This document shows positions 28,165-37,800 of a stretch of DNA of 64,000 nucleotides, piece by piece. The DNA is from an uncultured bacterium. GTDB taxonomy: Bacteria > Patescibacteriota > Microgenomatia > Levybacterales > UBA12049. The position numbers and the translations under genes are program-made. The DNA lies in assembly GCA_963826535.1 (NCBI GenBank), contig CAWGXL010000002.1, positions 30,503 through 94,502 on the forward strand, in the 5' to 3' direction. The notes under the pieces were generated by a model, which was not told the DNA's origin, did no database searches, and saw only the letters and a list, made by a program, of their open reading frames with translations. How positions within the stretch are numbered: the first letter of the stretch is position 1; every line of letters starts with the position of its first letter.

Positions 28165-28698
28165 ATGGAAAACAAGAAACCTTTAGTCGGTATAATCATG
28201 GGTTCGGACTCGGATCTTCCGGTTATGCAGGAAGCAGCGAAAATTTTGGATGAATTTGGTGTGGCACATGAGATTACTATTGTATCCGCTCACCGGACTC
28301 CTGATCGACTTGTTGATTATGCAAAAGACGCAATACAAAAAGAATTAAAAGTTATAATCGCCGGAGCAGGTGGATCAGCACATCTACCGGGTATGGCTGC
28401 ATCTTTTACTTCATTGCCGGTTATCGGCGTACCAATTAAAACAAATAGCATGGACGGATTAGACTCCTTACTTTCTATTGTGCAAATGCCTCCGGGTATC
28501 CCGGTTGCTTCAGTTGCCGTTAATGGCGCGAAAAATGCTGCTCTTTTAGCGATTGAAATTCTCGGAACTTATGATAAGAATCTGCAAGAAAAAATCATGG
28601 CATATAAAAGAAATTTAAATGACACGGTCCTGGAAAAAGTAGAAAAATTGAAAACAAAAGGTTATAAAAAATATTTAGAATCATCTGATAAATCATGA
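28165..28698 (+). CDS. purE: N5-carboxyaminoimidazole ribonucleotide mutase
   Basis: The motifs [14 protein letters not shown] and [27 protein letters not shown] are classical PurE. Confidence 0.85.
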   Translation: MENKKPLVGIIMGSDSDLPVMQEAAKILDEFGVAHEITIVSAHRTPDRLVDYAKDAIQKELKVIIAGAGGSAHLPGMAASFTSLPVIGVPIKTNSMDGLDSLLSIVQMPPGIPVASVAVNGAKNAALLAIEILGTYDKNLQEKIMAYKRNLNDTVLEKVEKLKTKGYKKYLESSDKS

Positions 28699-29666
28699 TA
28701 CCGGCGAAAACTATTCTTTCCGCTAGCCCAAATTTACTTAAAACAATCGACATTCCGGAACTCGGAAAAAAACATCAAGGAAAAGTTCGCGACTTTTATG
28801 TTCTTAATGATAAGCGCGTAATAATCACAACAGACCGAATATCTGCATTTGATGTTATCCTGGGCTTAATTCCTTATAAAGGGACTGTCCTGAATTCTTT
28901 GGCTGCTTTTTGGTTTGAAAAAACAAAAGACATTATCCCTAATCATATAATTTCCATCCCCGATCCAAATGTCTCAGTTGTAAATAATTGTAAAAATGTT
29001 CCGGTTGAAATGGTAGTTCGAGGATATCTATCAGGTGTTACAAAAACATCAGTTTGGTATTCATATCAAAAGGGTGAGCGAAATATTTACGGCATGAAAT
29101 TTCCGGATGGTATGAAAAAAAATCAAAAGCTACCTAAGCCGGTTATTACTCCCACTACTCATCCCGAAGCCGGAAGCGCAATTCATGATGAACGGTTGAC
29201 CAGGGATGAAATAATTGAGCAAAAAATCGTTGATAAAAAATCATACAAACAAATGGAAGAAGTCTCTCTGGAGCTTTTTGATTTTGGCAGTAAGTGGTGT
29301 CTAAAGCACGGACTTATTCTGGTTGATACAAAATATGAATTCGGACTGTATGACGGAAAATTAATCCTTATTGATGAAATTCATACACCTGACTCCTCCA
29401 GATTTTGGATTTCTAACACATATAAAGAAAAATTTGAAAAAGGCTTAGAACCTGAAAATTTTGACAAAGAATTTCTCAGGCTTTGGTATGCGAATAAGGG
29501 ATACAGAGGCGATGGAATACCACCAAAAATGTCTGAAGATTTAATTGAAGAAGTCGCGAATCGGTATATTGATGTATATGAAAAAATAACAGGAGAAAAG
29601 TTTGAAGTTTATAGTTATCCTATTGAAGATCGGATTAGAAAAAATATTGTAAATTATATTAAATGA
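28695..29666 (+). CDS. purC: phosphoribosylaminoimidazole-succinocarboxamide synthase (long form)
   Basis: SAICAR synthetase motifs GKVRDFY...[10 protein letters not shown] and 323 aa. Confidence 0.8.
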   Translation: MIPAKTILSASPNLLKTIDIPELGKKHQGKVRDFYVLNDKRVIITTDRISAFDVILGLIPYKGTVLNSLAAFWFEKTKDIIPNHIISIPDPNVSVVNNCKNVPVEMVVRGYLSGVTKTSVWYSYQKGERNIYGMKFPDGMKKNQKLPKPVITPTTHPEAGSAIHDERLTRDEIIEQKIVDKKSYKQMEEVSLELFDFGSKWCLKHGLILVDTKYEFGLYDGKLILIDEIHTPDSSRFWISNTYKEKFEKGLEPENFDKEFLRLWYANKGYRGDGIPPKMSEDLIEEVANRYIDVYEKITGEKFEVYSYPIEDRIRKNIVNYIK

Positions 29667-30772
29667 AAAGACAAAAAATCACATACTCAGAAGTAGGTGA
29701 TAATTACGACACAAAGGATCCAATAAAAATCCTCGCTCAAACTGCTGCTAAAAAAACAGCTGTAAATCTCAAGAAACATGGTTTTGAAGAAATTGCTGAA
29801 TCCCGCGGTGAGTCAGCATATGTTTGGCAACAGGGGAATATTTACATGGCGACAGTTACTGAACAATTGGGGACAAAAAATCTAGTTGCGGATGAAACAA
29901 GAAAATTAACAGGAAAAACTTATTACGATATCATCGGTCACGATACCATCGCCACCATCATCAATGACCTTGCAACAGTTGGAGCGCAGCCATTAGTTAT
30001 TTCTGCATACTGGGCAATAGAGAATAATGATTGGCTTGCCGATGAGAAACGCATGAAAGATCTTATTGCCGGTTGGAAATCTGCATGTGACCTATCAGGC
30101 GCGGCATGGGGTGGAGGAGAAACGCCAACTTTGAAAGGTATCATAGAGCCAAACACTGTTGCACTTGGAGGATCGGCGATTGGAATTATTACGTCTAAGA
30201 AGCGTTTATTAAATGATAAAAATTTAATAGAAGGTGACAGAGTCCTTCTTCTGAAAAGTTCCGGCATAAATGCAAACGGTCTATCCCTTGCTCGTGCAAT
30301 TGCCAAAAAACTCCCAAAAGGGTATGCCACAAAATTAAAAAACGGGCAGATGTATGGAGAAGCAATCCTCAAAAAAACAAACATTTACGCCTTGCTCATA
30401 CAAGATTTACTCAATGCAGGAGTAAGTATTCATTACATTTCCAATATTACAGGTCATGGATTTAGAAAATTAATGAGGGCAAGACAAAACTTCTCATATA
30501 TTGTTGAAAAGTTATTTGATCCGCAGGAACTATTTCTCTTCATGCAAAAACATGCTGGTCTTTCCGATTATGAAATGTATGATGAATTCAACATGGGTAT
30601 GGATTATGCGATTTTTCTTCCGGAAAAGGCTGTTAAAAAAGCGCAATCAATAGTTAATAAAAACGGATTTGAAAGTATTAACGCAGGATATGTTTCTAGC
30701 GGAAAAAGACAAGTTATAATTAAACCGAAGAATATTGTACTGGGAGGAGAGTCATTGCAGCTTAAGGCTTAG
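29663..30772 (+). CDS. purM: phosphoribosylformylglycinamidine cyclo-ligase (AIR synthetase)
   Basis: The region ...IGHDTIATIINDLATVGAQPLVISAYWA...AWGGGETPTLKGII aligns with the PurM AIRS domain ([29 protein letters not shown]...LVGGETAEMPGMY). An AIRS_C-like C-terminus is also present. Confidence 0.7.
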   Translation: MKRQKITYSEVGDNYDTKDPIKILAQTAAKKTAVNLKKHGFEEIAESRGESAYVWQQGNIYMATVTEQLGTKNLVADETRKLTGKTYYDIIGHDTIATIINDLATVGAQPLVISAYWAIENNDWLADEKRMKDLIAGWKSACDLSGAAWGGGETPTLKGIIEPNTVALGGSAIGIITSKKRLLNDKNLIEGDRVLLLKSSGINANGLSLARAIAKKLPKGYATKLKNGQMYGEAILKKTNIYALLIQDLLNAGVSIHYISNITGHGFRKLMRARQNFSYIVEKLFDPQELFLFMQKHAGLSDYEMYDEFNMGMDYAIFLPEKAVKKAQSIVNKNGFESINAGYVSSGKRQVIIKPKNIVLGGESLQLKA

Positions 30773-31788
30773 GCGACCATAGGTGCCAGGTGGGGAGCAA
30801 CATTATTAAAGACTTGATCAAGTATTTCTGCCTCTTCTGCTTCTTGAATTAATTTGTATGTTACCATTTCACCCTCTTTTGCTAAAATAGTATCATCCTG
30901 TCTTAAGATATTTTTCGTAAGATAGAGCCCGACAGCATCTCTTTTGCGTCTTTCTACAAACTTGTTTTTCACCTCAGTAGTGTTATCAGCCGGTTTTTTT
31001 TGTTCAATCTTTTGTTCAATTTTCGGAGTCTTTGAGGTTTCAATTGTTTCAGTTTGCAGCCCTTTTACAACCTCATCTTTTTTGCTCAATTCTACTTTTG
31101 TTATCTGCGGCTTAAGATTATCTTTCACTTCCTGGACTTTACTCTTTACTTCCTCTATTGGCTTTTTTGTTTCCTGTTGAATTTTGCTTGCATTTATTGG
31201 TTTGATGTCATATTCCCCACCAGCTCCGCTTTGATCGGAGCCAGCTGGCGGATTTTCGGCTCCCACTTTTTGTTTCTCTCGCAACAGCATTTCTTCTTGC
31301 TGCTTAGTTATTCTGACTATTGTCGCGTCTTGACCAACTGTAACAATATCTGAGATTTTTACTCTTTTTTTACCTTTCTTAAAATTCCGAATAGTTCCTT
31401 GAGAAACTTCAAATTCTTCAACACGACCTGTCGCGGAATTGAAATAAATATCGCTCACGCGGCCAAGCTCTAACCCGTCCTCTGTAATTATTTTGGTATT
31501 AGTGAGATAGGTATCGTTTTTCGCAATCATCTCAATGTGTTTCTCAACCTCCGATATTTTTTTAATTTGATTCGGCGAGGTAATAAGTGCGGCATCTTCA
31601 CCTATCCCTTCCAGGTCATCAAATAGTATAACTCTTGCTTCAGAAAACCATCCGCCTTTTTCTGTCAAAAGAGCCTCTATCCGGTTTTGTATAGGATCAT
31701 AGATAACATCTTCAATATTCTCTATTTTTCTTCCATCATTAATGGTGAAAACAGGCAACCCTATTACTTTTGATGCTTTAACTAACAT
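30769..31788 (-). CDS. PRC-barrel domain protein (two PRC-barrel-like modules plus a Lys/Glu-rich C-terminal half)
   Basis: Both ...VIGLPVFTINDGRKIENIEDVIYD... and ...ITEDGLELGRVSDIYFNSATGRVEEFEVS... fit PRC-barrel consensus. Confidence 0.5.
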   Translation of the reverse strand: MLVKASKVIGLPVFTINDGRKIENIEDVIYDPIQNRIEALLTEKGGWFSEARVILFDDLEGIGEDAALITSPNQIKKISEVEKHIEMIAKNDTYLTNTKIITEDGLELGRVSDIYFNSATGRVEEFEVSQGTIRNFKKGKKRVKISDIVTVGQDATIVRITKQQEEMLLREKQKVGAENPPAGSDQSGAGGEYDIKPINASKIQQETKKPIEEVKSKVQEVKDNLKPQITKVELSKKDEVVKGLQTETIETSKTPKIEQKIEQKKPADNTTEVKNKFVERRKRDAVGLYLTKNILRQDDTILAKEGEMVTYKLIQEAEEAEILDQVFNNVAPHLAPMVA

Positions 31789-32101
31789 ATTTTATCTCCC
31801 CTTTATGTATGTATCCCGTGTTTCTAAATGATGCTCTGTAAAATACTGCCAGGACAAGTGCGCTAATCAGTGCAGTTAAAAAACCTTCTATACTAAATCC
31901 AATTATTGCTTTTGCCAACAATAAGTTAGCCAGATATCCACCTATAACTGCTCCTAATACAGCAAAAAAACATGTTAAGATTACTCCCCCTATGGCTTTT
32001 CGATGGTCATGGACATGTGCAAATAAACCCATCATAAGCCCAAATATGATCCAGATAAGTAAATTTGCAGAAGAAATCCCTAATAATTCCAACATATTCA
32101 T
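31778..32101 (-). CDS. GlsB/YeaQ/YmgE-family small membrane protein
   Basis: 107 aa with about 3 TM helices and GxxxG-rich segments (IIFGLMMGLFA, GGVILTCFFAVLGAVIGGYLANLL). Confidence 0.5.
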   Translation of the reverse strand: MNMLELLGISSANLLIWIIFGLMMGLFAHVHDHRKAIGGVILTCFFAVLGAVIGGYLANLLLAKAIIGFSIEGFLTALISALVLAVFYRASFRNTGYIHKGEIKYVS

Positions 32102-32169
32102 TAAGGAATAACATACTCTACAAAGGTTAAATATTTGCTACAAAAAATGTAAGAAAAAAGGAAGAAATA

Positions 32170-32553
32170 TCAAAAGAATTCAACCAGCAGCTTTTTCTCA
32201 TCGAAAATAATCTTAAAACTTTCAAATATTGCCTGTCGCCCCAGGAGATTAAAGCTAACATTATATTCGTGAGAAAAAACTACCGGAGCCGCAATTTTTT
32301 TATCACCAATCTCTAGAGTGAGACTATGAATATAGCCTTTAATTCTCCCACCGACTCCTCCTAAATATATTTGTTTCCCGGTCATTATATCAATACGCAA
32401 AGATTGAGCAACTTCTAATCGAAAAATCGATATCGTTGCCCCTGAATCAACAAGGCAAGCTACTCTGGAAACATATTTGCTGTTATAAGCGAAGAGATCG
32501 ATTATTGGGAAGTGTTCTCCTAAGCTATTTTTCTTGTAAGGAAACTTAATCAT
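32170..32553 (-). CDS. retropepsin-like (clan AA) aspartic protease
   Basis: 127-aa ORF with the LVDSGAT active-site motif (D-S/T-G-A) in the expected N-terminal position, and length typical of single-lobe retropepsin-like proteases. Confidence 0.6.
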   Translation of the reverse strand: MIKFPYKKNSLGEHFPIIDLFAYNSKYVSRVACLVDSGATISIFRLEVAQSLRIDIMTGKQIYLGGVGGRIKGYIHSLTLEIGDKKIAAPVVFSHEYNVSFNLLGRQAIFESFKIIFDEKKLLVEFF

Positions 32554-32770
32554 TTATTGCAGGTAAGACATAAGGCCCCTCATCTTTACGAGGCACTTTA
32601 AAGGAGTAGGCTTTTATTTTGTTCTTGTCTTTTATTTTCCCACTCACTAATGGAGCAATATCTTCAAAAACTTCGCTTGCGCCGATAATTTTATCTTTTT
32701 TTGGATCAATTGCTACCCATTGTCCCTCAAATTTATCAATCTGTTTAGTTGAGACATTAATCTTTTTCAT
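32546..32770 (-). CDS. small DUF5678-like protein, translationally coupled to the aspartic protease
   Basis: 74-aa ORF (…FEGQWVAIDPKKDKIIGASEVFEDIAPLV…). It overlaps the protease start by 8 nt. The family assignment is from memory of the GxWVAi motif. Confidence 0.4.
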   Translation of the reverse strand: MKKINVSTKQIDKFEGQWVAIDPKKDKIIGASEVFEDIAPLVSGKIKDKNKIKAYSFKVPRKDEGPYVLPAIND

Positions 32771-32880
32771 ACATTGCTATACTACAAGAGCCAGTGCTGC
32801 TTGTCAAATTTTTGTTTCAAACGTAAGGTCGATGTTTCCAAAAAAGGAAGAAAACTAGCCCCCTCTATACTCTAATAAAT

Positions 32881-33573
32881 CTAATAAAGTAGTGGATCTT
32901 TACGTCCTGGATAAGTAGCAAATGCTGGAGTTGCAATAATACGCTCATCTAAAAAATTTGTTATAACAGTTCCTACACACCCTCCTAAGTCGTAGTTTTT
33001 AGCAATAGGTGGCCCCCATTCTCTTGCTTTTTGCCATGGAAAACGATTGGGATCGTAAAGCCGCAAGTAACTTCCACCTACTGTAACCCGTCGCAATCCA
33101 TTTGCCTTAAGCTGCTGATAAATACAATCATGCTTCTCGTCTGCTGGAGCAGGAGATCCAGCCCAAGTGGGTAAGACAAAAATATTGCCCTCTTGTACAC
33201 CCATTCGATTCAATATAGATTGCCAGTTTGATATTCGATATGCCTCTTCAAAAAGTATTAAAGGCAGGTCTATTTTTTTATATTCCCCTATTGAAGTCTT
33301 TAATCTCCTTTTATATTTCCTATACCTATTTTGTTCTTCTTTTGGCTCATAATAGTTCGATTTGTCATGCCAAAAAGGATGCACGATCACCGCCGCAGTG
33401 CCTCGCGAAGAGTCAATCGCTTCTTTAAATTTTTCCTTACCCTTCATGGTAGTTATGTCTAATATAGAGACCGGTGAGCTTGTCTCTTTTGCGCAAGAAG
33501 GATCCACGCCATCTTTATTCTGAATGTATGAATCTCGCAATCTTTCCATTTGTGGAGTATAGTATATAGCCAA
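32881..33573 (-). CDS. hypothetical protein (230 aa)
   Basis: Long ORF with no confident motif. The C-terminal LGGCVGTVITNF is vaguely Cys-hydrolase-like. Confidence 0.45.
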   Translation of the reverse strand: MAIYYTPQMERLRDSYIQNKDGVDPSCAKETSSPVSILDITTMKGKEKFKEAIDSSRGTAAVIVHPFWHDKSNYYEPKEEQNRYRKYKRRLKTSIGEYKKIDLPLILFEEAYRISNWQSILNRMGVQEGNIFVLPTWAGSPAPADEKHDCIYQQLKANGLRRVTVGGSYLRLYDPNRFPWQKAREWGPPIAKNYDLGGCVGTVITNFLDERIIATPAFATYPGRKDPLLY

Positions 33574-33603
33574 TTTATTCTCAACTCTACTATAAGTTAG
33601 AAA

Positions 33604-36072
33604 TTATTTTCCGAGGGAGTCTTCCAGTTGTTTTAATCTAATAGATGTTTTAAGTACGCTATCGGGCTGGAGACTTACGGAATCAATTCCTTCAGATACC
33701 AGAAACTCGGCAAAATCCGGAAAGTCAGACGGGCCTTGTCCACAAATACCGACAGGAACACCTAATTCATGGGCTTTTTTAATAAGGGTTCTTATTAAAC
33801 TTTTTACCGCATTGCTTTTCTCATTACCAATATGTGCGACAATTTTGGAGTCGCGGTCAAGACCAAGGGTAAGTTGTGTAAGATCATTTGAGCCAATAGA
33901 GAAACCGTCAAATAAAGCAGCGAACTCTTCAATTTGAAGAATATTTGAAGGTATTTCCGCCATACACCAGACGCGGAGTTTTTCATTTATTTCATCACTT
34001 GCCGCGATTTCCCTGGCATTCGGAAGTTTTTCGTGAACCAATCCATACTTAGCCATAACTTCCAGGACTTTTTTACCTTCTTCAGGTGTCCGGCAAAAGG
34101 GGATCATTACTTGCAAATTAAATAGTCCCATTTCTTCCCGTACCCGTTTTACCGCTTTGCATTCCAGCGCGAATGCAGCTTCAAAATTTGGATCATAATA
34201 ACGGCTTGCCCCGCGCCAGCCGATCATCGGGTTTTCTTCCTCCGGCTCATATTCGCGGCCGCCGAGTAATCCGGCATATTCATTGGTTTTAAAATCACTA
34301 AATCTTAGTATTACTTCTCGCGGATAAAATGCGCAGGCAATAATGCTGATTCCATAGGCGAGTTTCTCAACGTAATAATCAACTTTATTATGGTACCCGG
34401 AAGTCAGTTTATCAATTTGTTTCTTGACGGATTTATCGGTTAATTTGTCATAATTCAAGAGCGCATTAGGGTGAATTTTTATGAAATTAGTTATGACAAA
34501 CTCCTCACGCGCAAGTCCGACTCCCTTGTTAGGAATAAACGAATAACTGAATACCAAATCAGGATCGGCGACTATCATTTTGATCTTGGTTTTTGGGGGC
34601 TGGAAATCCTTTAGATCAGTTTTTTGAATTTCAAATTTTAGTAACCCTTCAAAGACTTTTCCCACTTCTCCTTCGGCGCAGCAAACTGTAATATCCGTTC
34701 CCGTCTTAATAACTTTAGTCGCATTGCCAGTACCGACAACAGCAGGGATACCAAGTTCACGTGATACGATCGCCGCATGGCTTGTCCTGCCGCCGGAATC
34801 TGTGACAATGGCCGATGCTTTTTTCATTATAGGTTCCCAATCAGGATCTGTGAGAGGCGCGACCAATACCTCTCCCGGTTTAAATTCATCTAATTGATTT
34901 GCGTCGTGGATATTTCGCGCTGTCCCGTGTCCGATCCTCGCGCCAACCGCAGCGCCCTGTACAAGAATTTTACTATGATCCAATAATTTATATTCTTCAA
35001 GAGTGTTTAAATTTTTCCGGGCTACTACTGTCTCGGGACGTGCCTGTACGATAAACAACTCTTTAGAATGTCCGTCATATGCCCATTCGATATCCATGGG
35101 TTTACCATAATGCTCTTCAATGATCACACCCCACTTGGCGAGCTTGAGTATTTGATCATCATTAAGCACATATTTGTGGCGGTCTGCTTCATGAACAATC
35201 GCTTCCTTAGTCGGCTTAGTACCTTCATGAGAATAAATAAGCTTCTTTTCTTTGGTTCCTAATTTCTTATTCACCATAGCTTTAAAACCCTTCTTCAAGG
35301 TCGGCTTAAATACCATAAATTCATCCGGTGTCACGACCCCCTTTACTATATATTCTCCGAGTCCCCATGACCCATTGATCAGAACGACTTCGCGGAATCC
35401 GCTATCCGAATCAAGAGTGAACATTACTCCGCTACAACCCCTATCACTTCGCACCATTTTTTGTACAGCAACTGAAAGTTTTACTTTGAAATGATCAAAG
35501 TGCTGGTCTTGTCGGTATGATATAGCCCGGTTGGTAAAGAGTGAAGCGATAGCCAGCTTTATTGCCTCAAGCAAATTATGTCTTCCATGTACATTTAGAT
35601 AAGATTCCTGCTGACCTGCAAATGAAGCATCCGGTAAATCTTCCGCTGTTGCCGAGGAACGTACCGCAACATCCAGATCAGCAAGATCAAGATTCAGTTC
35701 GCGGGCCAGCTGAATATAAGCGTTCCAGATCGCATCATTCATCTCGTGGGGGAAATCCGCAGCCATAATAAATTCACGGACTGCTTTTCCTGCTTTTTCC
35801 AGCGCATGTATGTTGCTTGTATCAAGACCTTCAAGAACACTTCTTATTTTTTTGTCGAGTTGATTTTTATCAACAAAATATTTATAAGCATATGCCGTCA
35901 CAGCAAATCCGTAAGGTACCTGAATTTTCTCATCCGCAAAAATTGGGCTTTGAGCGTTAGTTAGATTCTGATACATTTCTCCGAGGTTTGCGTTTTTCCC
36001 TCCTACCAGCGGAATATCGTCTTTATTTATTTCATTGAACCAAAGTATAAATTTTTGTTCTTTTAAATCCAT
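33604..36072 (-). CDS. ppsA: phosphoenolpyruvate synthase (pyruvate, water dikinase)
   Basis: 822 aa with an N-terminal ATP-grasp-type PEP-utilizer domain (DIPLVGGKNANLGEM), a phospho-His domain (GGRTSHAAIVSRELGIPAVVG) and a C-terminal PEP-utilizing TIM barrel. The size fits PpsA rather than PPDK. Confidence 0.85.
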   Translation of the reverse strand: MDLKEQKFILWFNEINKDDIPLVGGKNANLGEMYQNLTNAQSPIFADEKIQVPYGFAVTAYAYKYFVDKNQLDKKIRSVLEGLDTSNIHALEKAGKAVREFIMAADFPHEMNDAIWNAYIQLARELNLDLADLDVAVRSSATAEDLPDASFAGQQESYLNVHGRHNLLEAIKLAIASLFTNRAISYRQDQHFDHFKVKLSVAVQKMVRSDRGCSGVMFTLDSDSGFREVVLINGSWGLGEYIVKGVVTPDEFMVFKPTLKKGFKAMVNKKLGTKEKKLIYSHEGTKPTKEAIVHEADRHKYVLNDDQILKLAKWGVIIEEHYGKPMDIEWAYDGHSKELFIVQARPETVVARKNLNTLEEYKLLDHSKILVQGAAVGARIGHGTARNIHDANQLDEFKPGEVLVAPLTDPDWEPIMKKASAIVTDSGGRTSHAAIVSRELGIPAVVGTGNATKVIKTGTDITVCCAEGEVGKVFEGLLKFEIQKTDLKDFQPPKTKIKMIVADPDLVFSYSFIPNKGVGLAREEFVITNFIKIHPNALLNYDKLTDKSVKKQIDKLTSGYHNKVDYYVEKLAYGISIIACAFYPREVILRFSDFKTNEYAGLLGGREYEPEEENPMIGWRGASRYYDPNFEAAFALECKAVKRVREEMGLFNLQVMIPFCRTPEEGKKVLEVMAKYGLVHEKLPNAREIAASDEINEKLRVWCMAEIPSNILQIEEFAALFDGFSIGSNDLTQLTLGLDRDSKIVAHIGNEKSNAVKSLIRTLIKKAHELGVPVGICGQGPSDFPDFAEFLVSEGIDSVSLQPDSVLKTSIRLKQLEDSLGK

Positions 36073-36102
36073 GTATTTAATTATGATAGCAATAAAATAA
36101 AT

Positions 36103-36123
36103 ATGAATACAAGGGGGTAAAAA
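36103..36123. promoter_or_regulatory. 21-nt motif ATGAATACAAGGGGGTAAAAA, copy 1 of 2
   Basis: It differs at one position from 37741..37761. It lies 31 nt upstream of the ppsA start on the opposite strand. The G5 run occurs in only these two non-coding places in the window. Confidence 0.4.
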
Positions 36124-36139
36124 TCAGAAATTACTGAAA

Positions 36140-37008
36140 TTAAGGATTACTGATCTTATTATCAAAAAGGATAAAGTCACCATAAGTTCTACTGCATTTA
36201 CTTCCGAAGGAGTAATTAGGATAGCCACCACTAAGCTGGCCGACAGCCTCACCCGTTGGAAATCCATTAGAATCCAAGACGAGTACTGAAGATCCGCTCT
36301 GACCGTGACAAACTCTACCGAGCCAAGCAGTCATGATTTTTCCAAAGCCCTCTTTTGTAGAACCAATATAGGAAAGCTTAGTCAATTTTCCATCAGCGTC
36401 GACGATACCTAGGGATTGGTATCTTTTAATATGCCCAGACTTAATTTTAATGGCTTAATTTTCCCTTCTCCTATGGACATATTAAGGTCAGCATTATAAT
36501 CATCTAATGGATGAGCAACAATTTTATCATAACCTATGATACTGCCGGTGTTATCATCGTTTATGAGAGTCGTTTTAGAAAATGTTGCGAATGCCTCATT
36601 GCCAGGTATCATTATTTTCAAAAAGCGCGATTTATTTATGCCCGGAAATATAGCAACCATAGTCTCATCTTTTTTTATCTCATTCTTAACATGTTCTACT
36701 GTAGCAAGCCATAGTCTTCCACCCTTTTCATAAATGCCCCCATGACCAATATAATTAAAATCTGGAACTTCTTGCTTAGAAGGGGAATACTTCCCTATAA
36801 TTACAGCTCCGGCTGCCATATATGGCTCCAGCTCGTTTAGACTTTTCATATAGTCCTTTAGCTCGGGATTATTATCACAGCCGGTAAGTGCTAAAGCAGC
36901 AGATAAGCCTAGAATCTTTAGCACTCCACGACGGGACATTTGTCGTCCAAAAGTTCTTATTTGCTCTGAATCTTTTTTAGATAGACAAGGTGATTTAACA
37001 GTTTCCAC
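36140..37008 (-). pseudogene. trypsin-like (S1-like) serine protease lipoprotein with Tat-like signal, disrupted by a frameshift
   Basis: Two adjacent ORFs (36409..37008 and 36140..36385) lie in different frames. The second frame stays open upstream to 36457 and overlaps the first. The N-terminal part carries SRRGVLKILGLSAALALTGC (RR motif plus lipobox) and a His context (LWLATVEHV). The C-terminal part carries CHGQSGSSVLV (compare CxGDSGGP). The shift falls in an A/T-rich run (ttaaaattaagt...attaaaag). Confidence 0.45.
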
Positions 37009-37097
37009 TCACCAATTATACTATGGGATTAATTTAGTGTCAAGACAAGCTTCATGCTAAACATATCCAAATTTTGCACATTTGATTAAACTTGAAT

Positions 37098-37454
37098 TCA
37101 TGTCTCGCCAGTGATGGTAACAAATTTCCCAAAAATATCATTTTGTTTACTTTTGATAAGAAATGCTGTTAGTTTTTTATCAATTTGATCATCTGATAAA
37201 TTCACAGACAGAGCAATGACGCCTGATTTATTGCTTAAAGCGGCTAATGGTTTAAAATCGTCACCATTAAACGTCACAATAATACGTTGCAATTTAACTG
37301 CTTCATCATAAACTACTTTATCACTTATACCGCTTTTCTTGAGATCAAGAGTTATGTGTTTTATGTTAAAATTAAGATTTAGACGGGGAAACAATTGTCT
37401 TGGATGCATGTTTTCATCCAGAAGCAATTTAAATTTATAAAATCTTTTTGGCAT
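37098..37454 (-). CDS. DUF5615-family (PIN-like, Mut7-C-like) putative toxin
   Basis: The sequence ...KFKLLLDENMHPRQL...ISDKVVYDEAVKLQRIIVTFNGDDF... fits DUF5615 consensus. It overlaps the upstream DUF433 gene by 20 nt. Confidence 0.65.
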   Translation of the reverse strand: MPKRFYKFKLLLDENMHPRQLFPRLNLNFNIKHITLDLKKSGISDKVVYDEAVKLQRIIVTFNGDDFKPLAALSNKSGVIALSVNLSDDQIDKKLTAFLIKSKQNDIFGKFVTITGET

Positions 37455-37698
37455 GAAATTTTTCAGTTACTATCTGATCAATTTCGCCAATAACTCCTTC
37501 AAGAGTCTTTATATCTACCCACGGATAATGAGCGTGGATAGCATCCATTGGATAACCTTCTTTTAATAAAAAAATAATTCGCGAAATAATAATGCGGGTT
37601 CCTTTAACAACAGGTTGACCTCCCATTATTTCCGGGTCTGATGTAATAAACTTTGTTTTCATCTTATTGATATTATCAAGCATAAAATAAAATGTCAA
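37435..37698 (-). CDS. DUF433-family putative antitoxin
   Basis: The sequence ...SDPEIMGGQPVVKGTRIIISRIIFLLKEGYPMDAIHAHYPWVDI... fits DUF433 consensus (dp.i.GkPvikGTRi). Confidence 0.65.
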   Translation of the reverse strand: MTFYFMLDNINKMKTKFITSDPEIMGGQPVVKGTRIIISRIIFLLKEGYPMDAIHAHYPWVDIKTLEGVIGEIDQIVTEKFHAKKIL

Positions 37699-37744
37699 TT
37701 TTTTTTCAGCCGGAGAAGATTACACATCTGTGCGGATTAAATGA

Positions 37745-37772
37745 TTACAAGGGGGTAAAAAAATGGTATAAT
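37745..37772 (+). promoter_or_regulatory. sigma70-type promoter with extended -10 (TTACAA-16 bp-TGGTATAAT) for the small gene at 37801; contains copy 2 of the 21-nt G5 motif
   Basis: -35 TTACAA at 37745-37750, 16-bp spacer, TGGTATAAT at 37764-37772. A strong RBS AAGGAGGTGG lies 6 nt before the ATG. Confidence 0.6.
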
Positions 37773-37800
37773 TTAAATTACATTTTAAGGAGGTGGTTTT

